DNA of 64,000 bases from the human T2T-CHM13v2.0 reference genome, Homo sapiens, in assembly GCF_009914755.1 (NCBI RefSeq), contig NC_060947.1. One strand, 5' to 3'. This document shows, in pieces, positions 63,725 to 64,000 of the stretch. The translations under genes and the position numbers were made by a program. The notes under the pieces were generated by a model. That model saw only the letters and a program-made list of their open reading frames with translations, did not search any database and was not told the DNA's origin. The stretch's first letter is position 1. Each line of letters begins with the position of its first letter.

Positions 63725-63832
63725 GTTTCCACCCCCTTACATTTCTCAGTTTCTCTCCCCAGTGGTCTATGACCTCTGAAATGACTCAAAATGCCGGGTG
63801 ATCAGCCCTTATATGTGTTTCCTGGAAGAGCC

Positions 63833-64000
<168 letters not shown>

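Overview
Human (hominid) non-coding DNA dominated by interspersed repeats: about 22 Alus, several L1s of very different ages, MaLR/ERVL/ERV1 LTRs, a MER4-group ERV internal region, L2/MIR remnants and DNA-transposon remnants. I found no intact protein-coding gene, CpG island, RNA gene or CRISPR array. Nearly all supplied ORFs are Alu/L1-derived or chance. Main observations: (1) a heavily decayed, intronless NUFIP1 processed pseudogene on the minus strand at ~6.6-8.1 kb; (2) a human-specific pre-Ta L1HS at 28.5-29.6 kb carrying both a twin-priming 5' inversion and a ~107-bp 3' transduction with its own poly(A) signal, inside a 14-bp TSD; (3) a probable ancient nested L1 insertion with a ~540-bp transduction at 9.3-10.5 kb; (4) a very young AluYi6-like element; (5) solo LTR7B-like and MER41A LTRs; (6) a 5'-intact L1MA with a recognisable TSD. 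I see no evidence for a new biological system; the notable signals are retrotransposition events. Subfamily names come from recalled consensus sequences and were not checked by any search.
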